Part shown: positions 1 through 10,979 of the stretch, piece by piece | Numbering within the stretch: position 1 is the first letter of the stretch | Layout of the letters: each line of letters opens with the position of its first letter | From: Nitrospirota bacterium | GTDB lineage: Bacteria > Nitrospirota > Thermodesulfovibrionia > Thermodesulfovibrionales > UBA9159 | Direction: 5' to 3' | NCBI GenBank assembly: GCA_963699545.1 | Contig: CAVOUE010000005.1 | Coordinates: 96,001 to 160,000, forward strand | Length of the DNA stretch: 64,000 bases | Program-made: the position numbers and the translations under genes | The notes under the pieces: model-generated | Database searches by the model: none | What the model was told of the DNA's origin: nothing | Seen by the model: only the letters and a program-made list of their open reading frames with translations

Positions 1-1
1 T

Positions 2-172
2 AAGGGCGTCTATCAGTATATGTTCAGCAGTTTCGCCAAAGTCCTGCCGGAAAAATACCGCTATCTGAACCTGGAGCAGGACCTTGACAAGGAAGCCCTC
101 AGGATCGCCAAATCTTCTTACCTCCCTGATGCAATGCTGAAAAAAGCGCGCGTGAGCCTGAAGAGAACATAA
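2..172 (+). CDS. 3' end of a hypothetical protein (truncated by window start)
   Basis: Frame 2 is open from base 2 to TAA at 170-172 (KGVYQYMFSSFAKVLPEKYRYLNLEQDLDKEALRIAKSSYLPDAMLKKARVSLKRT), with coding-like codon usage. Confidence 0.6.
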   Translation, partial: KGVYQYMFSSFAKVLPEKYRYLNLEQDLDKEALRIAKSSYLPDAMLKKARVSLKRT

Positions 173-301
173 CATATCCTTGCCGATACACTTCTGTGAG
201 CTAGCGTTTGGTTTTGTGGTGACGGCGGGCGCTTTTTCATATATAATTCTTGAAAGCGGTACGTTCTTTCAGTTCCCGCTCATGACCAAAAGGAGGTTGC
301 C

Positions 302-1482
302 ATGCAGAAAGGAAAAGGACGCACAGGAATGAACAGGAGAGAGTTCCTGAAGGCCGGCCTGGCAGGGACCACATCGGCCCTCTTTATGGGCAGCGGACTT
401 GCCGAAGCGGTTCAGCGCTACGCTTCGTCAGAACCCTTCGTTTTTCCCGCGCCCGTCTACCGCACCCTGGGCCGCACCGGACTGAAGATCACGGTCGTGA
501 GCTGCGGGGCGATGCTGACACCTGAGACCGAGGTGCTGAAGATCGCCGTTGAGCATGGTGTCAACTATGTGGATACGGCGCGGAAATATATGGACGGCAA
601 GAACGAGGACATCGTTGGCAAGGCATTGAAGGGCAGGCGTGACAAGGTGTATGTAGCAACGAAGACGCTGCCCACTTCAAAGGCGAAAGAGGACATCATC
701 AGGGATGTCGAGACAAGCCTCGAGGACGCTGGAGACCGACTATGTGGATGTCATCCAGCTCCATAATCTCACCGACAAGGAGCGGATATTCATTCCGGAG
801 ACGCGGGAGGCCCTCGTCAAACTGAGAGAACAGGGCAAGGTGCGTTTCTTCGGGGTGACCACGCACAAGAACCAGCCAGAGGTGCTCAACGCCCTTGTGG
901 ACGATCCTAACCGCTTCTTCGATACGGCGCTCGTGGCCTACAACTTCAAGAGCGACAAAGAGACTAAGGAGGCGATAGCAAGGGCAGCCCAGGCAGGAAT
1001 CGGGATCATTGCGATGAAGACCCAGGCAGGCGGCTACGCCACCGACGCGCTGGGCCCCATCAGTCCCCACCAGGCAGCCCTCAAGTGGGCGCTCCAGAAT
1101 ACAAATATCACCACTGCGATTCCGGGCATGAAGAGACATGGCGGAACTCAGGGAAGACATTGCGGTTATGGGGATGCCTTTCAGGTACGCCGACGAGCGC
1201 GTCCTGAAACGCTACAGCGCTGCGGTGCAGCCGTACTACTGCCATTTCTGCGGAAAATGCGAAGCGGGCTGCCCGAAGGGTGTGGAGATCAGTACGATCA
1301 ACCGTTCCCTTATGTACGCGGAAGGCTACAAGAGCCCCGAACTCGCCCTGTCCACTTACCGGGAAATCCCCTTGTCCGCCTCGGCTTCCGCTTGCCTCGA
1401 CTGCGCGGACTGTGTTGCACGATGCGTCAACGGGCTTGATATTGCGGCGAAGATGGCGCAGGCCAGGAAATTACTGGCGTAA
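302..1482 (+). CDS. Aldo/keto reductase with twin-arginine leader and C-terminal 4Fe-4S dicluster domain (two apparent indels, ~722 and ~1134)
   Basis: SD AGGAGG at 291-296; RREFLK motif; AKR motifs YRTLGRTG, DTARKY, TK, L.TDYVDVIQLH, IIAMK; C-terminal CHFCGKCEAGCP and CLDCADCVARC. Joins ORFs 302-766, 705-1439 and 1138-1482. Confidence 0.9.
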
Positions 1483-2484
1483 GTGAGCATGGGCTGTTCA
1501 GCAAAGCTCTCTATGCGGAGGTACGGGATATCCGCCATCATCATCTGTTCGCTGTGTTGCGCGTCGGTACCGGTCTTTGCTGCAGCGACCTCCCCTGAAG
1601 AAGTTCTGCCGACGCCTTCGTGCGGTGAAGGCTGGGTCATGGAGGAGAAGGTGACGCTCTACACCAGGGACACCCTCTTCGACCGCATCGACGGCGAGGC
1701 GGAGCTTTATTTTCCCTATGGATTCGAAGTGCTCGCTTCTGCCCGATATGCGAACAGGCAGAACCCGCAGATTGCAGTGGAGGCTGACGTATATAAGATG
1801 GGCTCTCTGCTCGATGCCTTCGGGATGTACGCCAACTACCGGAGGCCGGATGATAGCGTGGTTAAGATCGGTGCCGAGGGATTCCTGTCTTCGTCCCAAT
1901 TGTTGTTCTATCAGGACCGGTATTTTGTGAGGCTTCAAGCCTCCGGAACGTCGAGTCTGGGACAGGACATATTCCTTGCATGCGCTCAGGCGGTATCACA
2001 GAACCTCCCGCACAATGCAGGCAAGCCTGGAGAGCTTGAGGCGTTCATGATACCCGCTGTAGTGCAGAGGAGCGAGCGGTATATCGCCCAAAGCCTTCTT
2101 GGGTATGCCTTCTTTCGCAGGGGTCTGACAGCCGCCGCGATTCTGGAAGGTGAGCAGGTTCAGGTCTTCATAGTTCCCGAGGAATCCGGTGATGCCGCCC
2201 GAAGAGTCTTTGATCAATACGGCTCGTACCTGAAGGCATCGGGTCAGGAGATTCAGGTGACCGAGACAGCGGATCGGATCTCCCTGGTCGCTGTGGATCC
2301 GTTGTACGGAAACGTGTTCGTTGAGCAGGCGGGCCGTTACATTGTCGGCGCGGTCAAGGTCAAAGACATCTCTGCAGCGAAACAACTCGTCGAGCAACTC
2401 CGGAGACGGCTTCTCCGGCAGTCCAACTCCTATACGTGGAAAACTTCCGTTGCCGCATGGCGGCTGGCGGTATACACCGTATAG
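1483..2484 (+). CDS. Exported DUF6599-like protein (start may be 1489 or 1513)
   Basis: Signal peptide ending VFA; LFDRIDGEAELYFPYGF and DAFGMY motifs recalled from DUF6599 proteins; abuts the AKR gene. Confidence 0.65.
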   Translation: MSMGCSAKLSMRRYGISAIIICSLCCASVPVFAAATSPEEVLPTPSCGEGWVMEEKVTLYTRDTLFDRIDGEAELYFPYGFEVLASARYANRQNPQIAVEADVYKMGSLLDAFGMYANYRRPDDSVVKIGAEGFLSSSQLLFYQDRYFVRLQASGTSSLGQDIFLACAQAVSQNLPHNAGKPGELEAFMIPAVVQRSERYIAQSLLGYAFFRRGLTAAAILEGEQVQVFIVPEESGDAARRVFDQYGSYLKASGQEIQVTETADRISLVAVDPLYGNVFVEQAGRYIVGAVKVKDISAAKQLVEQLRRRLLRQSNSYTWKTSVAAWRLAVYTV

Positions 2485-3199
2485 TTCGGCCGTGCGATCT
2501 CCCGGTGGGTTTGTATCGCCCTGCCCGGATGGTTGTTCTGTTCAGACAGATGGGCCAGGCATGCCCACTTGAGGCTCTTGCCGTATCCACGCAGCAAGTG
2601 TGCGGCCTCGATGTTCGAGAGATGTCCTCCCGGCCCCTGGATACGTCGTTTAAGGAATGCCGGATAAGGCCCTTGCGCGAGCATTTCCGGATCGTAATTG
2701 CTCTCGATGAATACGCCGTCAAGGGAGGAGACAACCTCGCCAAGACCCGGAAAGGGGTGACCGAGATCGGTGAGTATGCCCAGCTTCTTTTTTCCCCACG
2801 ATATGACGAACGCCACACCGTCAGCACCGTCGTGCATGGTGGGAACGGTCTGAACAGACACATTCCCGAACTGAATTACCTCACCGCGATAAAAACGGCG
2901 GATATCGTATAAAGGCCCAAGCGTCTGCCGTTCAAGGGCGGCATCGAGCGTAGCGGGAGTCACATAGACGGGGAGGCGGTATTTTCGCTGAAAGACCCCG
3001 GCATACCGTATGTGGTCGGAATGATCGTGGGATATGATCACCGCATCGACATGGCGGATGTCCCTTCCGTGGGCTGCAAGCCTTTTCTCCGCCCGGATAC
3101 CGCAGATCCCGGCATCGAACAGAAGTCTTTTCCCCCTGCCTCAACGTAAATGCAGTTGCCGTTACTGCCGGACTGAAGGGAGATTGCCGTCATCCTCAT
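2430..3199 (-). CDS. MBL-fold metallo-hydrolase, YycJ/WalJ-like (one indel ~3130)
   Basis: N-terminus MRMTAISLQSGSNGNCIYV lies in a second frame; HDHSDH, HDG, TDLG, ESNYD, GHLSN and AHLS motifs. Confidence 0.9.
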
Positions 3200-3321
3200 G
3201 GTGGGTACTCTAACAGTCCGGAAGAGATTTGCGCAAGGGAACGCGCCATTGAAAAGAACAGCGTGCTTCTCCTCTACCGGGTCGGTTATAATGAAAACGG
3301 AGATGACATTGTGAGACGCCG

Positions 3322-4098
3322 ATGATTTCCTATCCGCAGATCGATCCCGAGGTGGTGAGAATAGGACCCTTTGCCGTCCGGTGGTATGGGCTCATGTACC
3401 TCGTTGGGTTTGCCTCCTCCTACCTTCTGGTGAACTACCAGATAAAAAGGAAGGGTCTGCAGATCAGCAGAGACACCGTGGTGTCCCTTTACTCGTATCT
3501 CGTCCTCGGCCTTATGGTGGGTGCGCGTCTCGGGTACGTGCTGTTTTACGATCTCTCCGCGTATATCGATCATCCTATCGAGATATTCGCCGTCTGGCAC
3601 GGAGGAATGTCATTTCACGGGGGACTCGTCGGGAGCATCACCGCGGGTATCATTTTCTGCAAAGCATCAAGACTGGACTTCTGGCAGGTGGCGGACCTTG
3701 TGGCCGCCACTGCGCCCATCGGACTTGGCCTGGGAAGGCTCGGGAACTTCATCAACGGCGAGCTTTACGGAAGGGTCTCAGCAGTGCCGTGGGCCATGGT
3801 GTTTCCGTCCGGAGGTCCTCTCCCGAGGCATCCCTCACAGCTGTATGAGTTTTTTCTTGAAGGCGTTGTGCTCTTTGGACTCGTCTGGGTACTTAAGGAC
3901 AGGCGGATCGGAAAAGGCGGTCTCTGTTCTCTTTTCCTGATCTTCTACGGTATTTTCAGATTCCTGGTGGAGTTTTTCAGGGAGCCGGACGCGCAACTCG
4001 GATTTATCCTGGGACCCTTGACCATGGGGCAACTCCTGAGTGGCGGGATGGTCCTTCTCGGCGTCATGATCTTTGCTCTCAGGAGAGATAAAGGATGA
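3322..4098 (+). CDS. lgt: Prolipoprotein diacylglyceryl transferase
   Basis: RWYGLMY, GARLGYVLFY, GGMSFHGG, GRLGNFINGELYGR, HPSQLYE, RF..EFFREPD. Confidence 0.98.
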   Translation: MISYPQIDPEVVRIGPFAVRWYGLMYLVGFASSYLLVNYQIKRKGLQISRDTVVSLYSYLVLGLMVGARLGYVLFYDLSAYIDHPIEIFAVWHGGMSFHGGLVGSITAGIIFCKASRLDFWQVADLVAATAPIGLGLGRLGNFINGELYGRVSAVPWAMVFPSGGPLPRHPSQLYEFFLEGVVLFGLVWVLKDRRIGKGGLCSLFLIFYGIFRFLVEFFREPDAQLGFILGPLTMGQLLSGGMVLLGVMIFALRRDKG

Positions 4099-4123
4099 TC
4101 CATGCAAAACAAAAGGACAAGAC

Positions 4124-4420
4124 GTGAATAGTCCTGACGAAGACCATACAGCGGAATTTCCTATCAACGGCATACTGGACCTTCACACCTTTAACCCCCG
4201 GGACGTGAAGGGATTGCTTCCTGATTACCTTGAACTCTGCAGGGAAAGGGGGATCTTCGAGATCCGCATTATCCACGGCAAGGGGACCGGGGCCCTTCGC
4301 GAAACGGTTCACTCGATCCTCAGGAAACTGCCGAACGTTCGATCCTTCAGATTGGCCGGAGAAGATGAGGGAGGATGGGGAGCGACCCTTGTGGTGCTGG
4401 GCAGAGAAAATGAGACATAG
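4124..4420 (+). CDS. Smr/MutS2 C-terminal domain protein
   Basis: LDLH, IIHGKGTG and GGWGAT motifs; GTG at 4124 follows AAAGGA. Confidence 0.92.
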   Translation: MNSPDEDHTAEFPINGILDLHTFNPRDVKGLLPDYLELCRERGIFEIRIIHGKGTGALRETVHSILRKLPNVRSFRLAGEDEGGWGATLVVLGRENET

Positions 4421-4734
4421 GTGAAGCGTGGTTGTACTTCCTCCTGAGGTGATTGCTAAAGGAGGGATCTCTAGGATGAAAAACATAAAGCAGTCATTTC
4501 TCATTCTATTTGCCTTGATCTGCCCGACAACAGGGGCGTATCGGCACAAGACGTAGCGGAACAATATAAAGTCTAAGCCTTTGGCACTTATCAGGGAGAA
4601 GAGAAGTGCCGATTATGCGACCGGGGAAAAACAATGATATACTGTTATTAGATGGCGACTTTTTCATGAATTCTTCTAAAGATTGAAAAAAGGGGCGCTC
4701 ATGATTAAATCATATAAGCGTCGAATCGTTACTG

Positions 4735-5556
4735 ATGAAGAGTGTTGCCGGTAGAAAAAATGCCGTCAACTTAGCCCCGCGGTGTCATGTCATTCCTGCC
4801 GCTCTGCTGATTTTTTTGTTCGTGACGGCTTTTATGGTTAATCATGCGGAGGGCGCTGAAGATAAAGTATCTGTGATCCATTTTGCCGAGGAAGCAAACT
4901 GGCCGCCGTTTACCCCCAACAGGTTCGGTATGACGGAAGAAGGGCTTTCTTTTCGCCTCATGCAGGCGGTTTTTTCCCGTCTGGGCATTGAGATTACCGT
5001 CGAACTTTTTCCCCAGAGACGGCTTCTGGAGATCCTCAAACAGGGGGACAAGGACGGAGCCCCGGTCATAAGCAAGGATGCCGAACGCCTGAAATACCTT
5101 ACGTTCACGGATCCGATATTTTCAAAGCGCGGTTTTGTATACTATCTGACATCCAGGAAATCCCCGCTCCAATGGAACGATGTCTCCGACTTGCAAGGCT
5201 TGAAGATCGGCATTACGGCCGGCCATAACTATGGGGAAGAGTTTCATCGGGCTGCATCGAGAAACCATCTCGGTCTCGTGGAGGTAAACACTGAAGAGCA
5301 GGGGTTTCACATGCTGTTGGCCGGCAGGATAGATGTTTTTCTTTGTATCGATATGACCGCCCGGCAGATCCTGCGCGACCCGAAATACAGAGGGGTCATC
5401 GTTCATGCGCCCAAGAGTTATTATCACAAGGACTACCACATCGCCTTTTCAAAAAAATCGCGGGCAGAGAAGCTCACACCAAAGGTGAATGAGGTTATAC
5501 GGGCCATGAAAGAGGACGGGTCCTTACCCCGGCTGCTCTTCCCGTATGTGGAGTGA
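4735..5556 (+). CDS. Family 3 (amino-acid type) periplasmic solute-binding protein
   Basis: Signal peptide ending AEG; NWPPF, L.GL.IG..G..YG, LLAGRID and C-terminal M.EDG motifs. Confidence 0.88.
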   Translation: MKSVAGRKNAVNLAPRCHVIPAALLIFLFVTAFMVNHAEGAEDKVSVIHFAEEANWPPFTPNRFGMTEEGLSFRLMQAVFSRLGIEITVELFPQRRLLEILKQGDKDGAPVISKDAERLKYLTFTDPIFSKRGFVYYLTSRKSPLQWNDVSDLQGLKIGITAGHNYGEEFHRAASRNHLGLVEVNTEEQGFHMLLAGRIDVFLCIDMTARQILRDPKYRGVIVHAPKSYYHKDYHIAFSKKSRAEKLTPKVNEVIRAMKEDGSLPRLLFPYVE

Positions 5557-5575
5557 CCTGGGAGGGGGATTGCGT

Positions 5576-7884
5576 ATGGGCCAGAAAAGAAAATCCATTG
5601 CCGTAGTGGTAATCATCTTTCTGATAGCGGTGATAACTCTCCTGCTGGGAATTTTTGCAGCCATCGCTTACAGGACGGAGCGCGACAGTGACATGAATGC
5701 CCTGCGCACCCAGCTTGCAGTCCAGGCAGATCAGCTTTCCGTGTCTCTTTCACATCCCCTCTGGTACCTGGATAGCGTCCAGATCGACAAGATACTTGAA
5801 AGCAGTATGAAGGACGTGAATAATTATGCTGTCGTGGTGAGGGAAAACGGCAAGCAGCCAAGGATCCATGCACGAGCTCGGGACAGCCGATGGGAAATCA
5901 CATCAAGAGACCAGGCCTTTTCTCCGGGAGGACTGCTTGTCGAAAAGCGGAACATAACCTTTTCGAACGAGATTCTGGGCTCTGTGGAGATACATGCCAC
6001 GCCCCGGTTCGTTCAGGAGCGGCTTAGAAACAAATTCGTCTCGAATCTGCTGAGCATTGTCCTGCTCGACCTGTTCCTGATAATGAGCCTGTATCTTCTG
6101 CTCTGGAGCAAAATATTGAGACCGCTCAAGGAGATTGAAAGGTACGCTGGCGAGATCAGTTCCGAGAGCACGGGCGCTCCTCGCGCCATGACAACGCAGT
6201 TTCAGGGCGAGCTGGAGAGCTTGAGGTCTTCAATCGAAAAAATGGTTACCCTGCTTGCCGCCCGCTATACGGAACTCCACGAAGAAGTGAAACGGCGCAG
6301 GGAAAGCGAAGAACGATTCCTGACTATATTCAATTCGGTCAATGATTCTATTCTTATCCACGACCTCGAAACGGGTTCGATTCTGGATGTAAATCAAAAA
6401 ATGTGTGAGATGTTCAGTTACACACGAGAGGAGGTCCGGAACATTGATATCGGGACACTCAGTTCGGGCGAGGTGCCCTATACCCAGAAGGAAGCCCTCG
6501 AGTGGATTGGGAAGGCGGCGCAGGGAAAACCACAACTCTTTGAATGGCACTGTAAAGATAAGGCGGAAAGACTGTTCTGGGGAGAGGTCAATATGCGGTG
6601 CGCAAAGATAGGCGGAATCGACCGGCTGCTCGTTGTTGTCCGCGACATAACGGATCGTAAGGCGGGTGAAAGCGCACTCCAAGAAAGTGGACGCCGTTAT
6701 AAGCTTCTCTTTGAGTCGGCGGGTGACGCCATTTTTCTGATGCGTGACAGTCTCTTCGTTGATTGTAACCCAAGAACATTGGAGATATTCGGCTGCAGCA
6801 GGGAACAGATCATCGGAGAAACACCTTATCGTTTCTCTCCACTCCTTCAGGCGGATGGAAGAGATTCAAGAGGAAAAGCCCTTGAGCTCATTGCTTCTGT
6901 TCTTGCCGGTACCCCTCAGGTCTTCGAATGGATGCACATAAAAGCAGATGGCACGCCATTCGATGCAGAGGTCAGTCTGAATCGTGTCGAACTGACTTCA
7001 GGGATGCACATCCAGGCAATTGTCCGGGATATCACCGAGCGCAAGCGGGCCGAGGATGAACTGAAGCAGCATCGTGCCCATCTGGAAGAAATGGTCGAGG
7101 CGCGCACCGGAGAGCTGTCGGCCGCGAATAAAAAGCTCAAGGAGCTTGACAGACTGAAATCGATGTTCATCGCTTCGATGTCGCATGAACTGCGCACACC
7201 TCTGAATTCCATCATCGGGTTCACTGGTATGACTCTCCAGGGTATGTCCGGAGAACTGAATGATGAGCAGAAGGACAATCTGACCAGGGCCTACTTTTCA
7301 GCCAAGCACCTTCTGAGCCTTATTACCGACGTCATTGATATTTCAAAGATTGAGGCAGGCAGAGTCGAGGCATATCCGGAGGTATTTTTCCTGAGAGAAG
7401 TGGTCGATGATGCCATCGCCACTATTAGGACCCCAGTTAAAAGACAAGGGATTGACCCTTGAGGTCGACGTGCCTCCTGACACGAACCTGAATACGGACA
7501 GGAAGCGACTGTTGCAATGCCTGATCAACTTCCTGAGCAATGCGGTAAAATTTACGGAGTCCGGAGGGGTCACCGTCGCTTCGCGGAGAACCGATGGACA
7601 GGTGTTTTTATCTGTGAGCGATACCGGCATCGGCATCGCGGAAAAAGATATACATAGACTGTTTGAGCCCTTTGAAAGACTGGAGACCCATTTGCGAGTG
7701 AAAGCCGGAGGCACGGGTCTCGGACTTTACCTGACAAAGAAGCTCGCGATCGATGTGTTGCGTGGGGATGTATTCCGTGGAAAGCATCGAGGGACAAGGC
7801 AGTACTTTTACTATCAGGATTCCCGAGGACATCAGACAGGCACAAAAGGCCTCAGTCGAGCAGAGCGGAGGTGATATAATATGA
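5576..7884 (+). CDS. Membrane sensor histidine kinase: periplasmic domain, HAMP, 2 PAS, HisKA, HATPase (indels ~7430 and ~7770)
   Basis: Two TM segments; two PAS domains ending RDIT.RK; H-box MSHELRTPLNSI; N-box NFLSNAVKFT; DTGIGI and GGTGLGL. The corrected frame ends at TGA 7882-7884, overlapping the next ATG. Confidence 0.93.
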
Positions 7885-8252
7885 AAACGGGATTAATCAT
7901 AGAAGATGATGAGAACAACATGGTTTTGATTACCAGATTGCTGGAAAAGTCCGGATACCGGACACTGCAGGCAGCAACCGGCTTGCAGGGTTTCGAGATG
8001 GCCCTTCGGCAGAAGCCGGACTTCATCATCCTCGATATCCAGCTGCCGGACATCGACGGCACAGAGGTGCTGCACAGGATACGCAGTTCCGAGATAGGCC
8101 ACACTATTCCCATTATCGCCATGACCTCCTTTGCCATGGCCGGTGACAGAGAAAGGCTTTTGAAGGCCGGCTGCGATGAATATATCGAAAAGCCGATTGA
8201 TCCGCTGCGGGTCATCTCCCAGATAAAAAGTGCGATAGGGGACGTCTCATGA
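7881..8252 (+). CDS. Single-domain response regulator, DivK-like
   Basis: IIEDD, LDIQLPDIDG, IIAMTS.AM.GD, YIEKP. Confidence 0.95.
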   Translation: MKTGLIIEDDENNMVLITRLLEKSGYRTLQAATGLQGFEMALRQKPDFIILDIQLPDIDGTEVLHRIRSSEIGHTIPIIAMTSFAMAGDRERLLKAGCDEYIEKPIDPLRVISQIKSAIGDVS

Positions 8253-10259
8253 AGATTCTGATAGTCGACGATGACGATAACTCAAGGGTTTTTCTTGAGC
8301 GGGCTTTGCGGGGACAGGACTATTCCGCAGAGAGCGCTGCCAACGGGGTCGAGGCTCTGGAAAAGGCTTACCAATGGCATCCGGACCTGATCATTTCAGA
8401 TATCCTGATGCCCGAAATGAATGGTTTTGAACTTTGCCGCAGGATAAAGACGGATGAGCAGCTTCGAAATATCCCCTTTATTTTCTATACGGCGACCTTT
8501 GTTGATCAAAAGGACGAAAAGCTGGCTATGGCGCTCGGCGCTTCACGGTTTCTCGTAAAGCCGATCGAACCCGCTGATTTTTTCAGGATCGTCAGAGAAG
8601 TAATCGACGAATACGAGAAGAACAAACTTTCAGTGCCGGGCCGGCCGCTGGGGGAAATGAAAGATCTGTGTCAGATGCAGGCGGAGGCCCTTGCACGGAA
8701 ACTGGACAAGAAAGTACGAGAACTTGACAAAGAGCGAAAGGCACTCCGGGAAAGCGAAGGAAGATTCCGGGCCTTAACAGAAAGCACGAGTGACTGGATA
8801 TGGGAAGTGGACCGAAATGGCGTTTATACATATTGCAGCCCGAAGATCAGAGATTTGTTGGGGTATGAGCCTGAGGACGTTATCGGGAAAACACCGTTTG
8901 ATTTTATGTCTTCTGACGATGCAAAGCGGCTGGCTAAAGAGTTTAAAACAATTGCGGAATCGAAGAAACCTTTTGCGGCATTGGAAAATGTGACCATGCA
9001 CAAGGATGGTCGAAAGGTAGTGCTCGAAAAAAGTGGTGTGCCTTTTTTCGACCCATCCGGAAACCTGGAAGGTTACCGGGGAATAGACCGCGACATAACA
9101 GAACGCAAGAAACTTGAAGAACAGCTTCTCCAGGCCCAGAAGATGGAAGCAATAGGACAATTCGCAGGAGGCATAGCTCATGACTTCAATAATATGCTGA
9201 CGGCAATAATGGGGTATGGTGAATTTTTGAAAATGGAGATAGATAAGGACAGCCGCTCTCAGCGTCATGTGGACGTGATACTGAGTGCGGCGGCAAAGTC
9301 GGCCAATTTGACCCAACAGATCCTGGCCTTCAGCAGGAAGCAGATAATCAGCCCGAAACAGACAGACTTGAATGAGCTGATTAAAGGGATTGAGAAGCTT
9401 CTTCACAGGCTCATCGGTGAAGATATCGAAATTAACATAGCTCTTGCAGATAGAGAATTAACGGTTCTGGTTGATCCCGGACAATTAGAGCAGGTGCTGA
9501 TGAATCTGTGCACTAATGCGCGTGATGCCATGCCTGATGGCGGGACCATATTCATGAGCACGGGAACGGACTTTCTGGACAGAGAATATGTAAAGACATA
9601 CGATGTCGAGAATGCCGGAATGTATGCCCTGATTACGGTAACAGATACCGGCAGCGGCATGGATGAAAAGACGAGGCAGAGGATCTTTGAGCCTTTTTTT
9701 ACAACCAAGGAGTTGGGCAAAGGGACAGGCCTCGGACTTGCCACAGTATACGGGATAATCAAGCAGCACAATGGTCATATCAATGTATACAGTGAACCGG
9801 GGAAAGGTACAACATTCAAGATATATCTGCCTTTGATTGCATCTCCGATGGACAAAGGAGAGTGCAAGGAAGTCATGCCACCAAGGCGTGGAAGCGAAAC
9901 GATACTGGTTGCAGAGGACAATGACGATGTAAGAACTCTTACGAAGCAGGTGCTTCTAAAATATGGTTATGATGTGATAGAGGCAGTCGATGGAGAAGAT
10001 GCTATAAATCAGCTGAGAAAATACAAAGACATAGTACGGCTTGTTGTCATTGATGTAATAATGCCCAAAGAAAAGTGGAAAAGAAGTATATGATGAAATA
10101 AGGAAGATAAAACCGGATATTAAAGTGCTCTTCACCAGTGGCTATACGTCAGACATAATTAATAAGAAAGGCATTCTGGAAAAAGGAGTTGATTTCATTT
10201 CAAAACCACTTACGCCCCATGATCTTCTGTGCAGGATAAGAGAATCTTTAGATAAATAG
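8249..10259 (+). CDS. Cytoplasmic hybrid kinase REC-PAS-HisKA-HATPase-REC (indel ~10066)
   Basis: N-terminal [18 protein letters not shown]-box; [19 protein letters not shown]. The C-terminal REC continues in a shifted frame ([24 protein letters not shown]...FISKP) to TAG 10257-10259. Confidence 0.93.
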
Positions 10260-10378
10260 GGGAGAACTATTCCAAGTCATCCAGCGTTTTCTGCTGTTTG
10301 CTGACGTGAGAGGTGAAGTGGAAGAGCTACCCTTTGTTCCTGATGAGCAACTCGAGAATCCAGGTGTAAAGTCCCTTG

Positions 10379-10978
10379 TCAGCAGGCTTCGGCAGGCCGC
10401 TGCGTCTTGAGCAGTTCTTTCAAAGCCTCGAAATCGCGACGGAGGGATTTCTTTCCTTCAGGGAACCGGAGGGCATACGCAGGATGAAAGGTGATGAAAT
10501 ACTTCCTGCGGTCTTTATCGATGACACTCCCGTGTTCCTTTGTGATCGGAACTTTCCTGTCGAGGAGTGCAACGCATGCCGTATTCCCCAGAAGCACAAC
10601 GATCTTAGGATCGATCATCAGGAGCTGTTCTGAGAGATGCTCACGACCGTGGAGGATGTTTTCTCTTGAAGGAGTCCCCCTCAGGGGGAGATACTTCACA
10701 GGACTGGTTATGAAGACCGCCTTCTCCTCCAGTCCGATCTCCGTCATCATGGCCCTCAACAGCTTCCCCGACCTGCCGACAAAAGGTCTTCCCGTCTTTG
10801 CCTCTTCCCTCCCTGGCGCCTCGCCGATGAAGACTATGTCCGCATCCGGATTTCCCTCTCCCGGCACCGCCCTGCCCTCGCCCCACTGCTTGCATAGAGG
10901 ACACAAATCGATCTCACGGGCGATCCTCAGGAGTCCCCTGTGCTTGACTCTATCATCCACATGACGCTTTCCCCTCAT
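10379..10978 (-). CDS. Uracil-DNA glycosylase family 4
   Basis: GEAPGREE..GRPFVGRSG and FHPAY.LR motifs; CPLC near the N-terminus. Confidence 0.93.
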   Translation of the reverse strand: MRGKRHVDDRVKHRGLLRIAREIDLCPLCKQWGEGRAVPGEGNPDADIVFIGEAPGREEAKTGRPFVGRSGKLLRAMMTEIGLEEKAVFITSPVKYLPLRGTPSRENILHGREHLSEQLLMIDPKIVVLLGNTACVALLDRKVPITKEHGSVIDKDRRKYFITFHPAYALRFPEGKKSLRRDFEALKELLKTQRPAEAC

Positions 10979-10979
10979 C

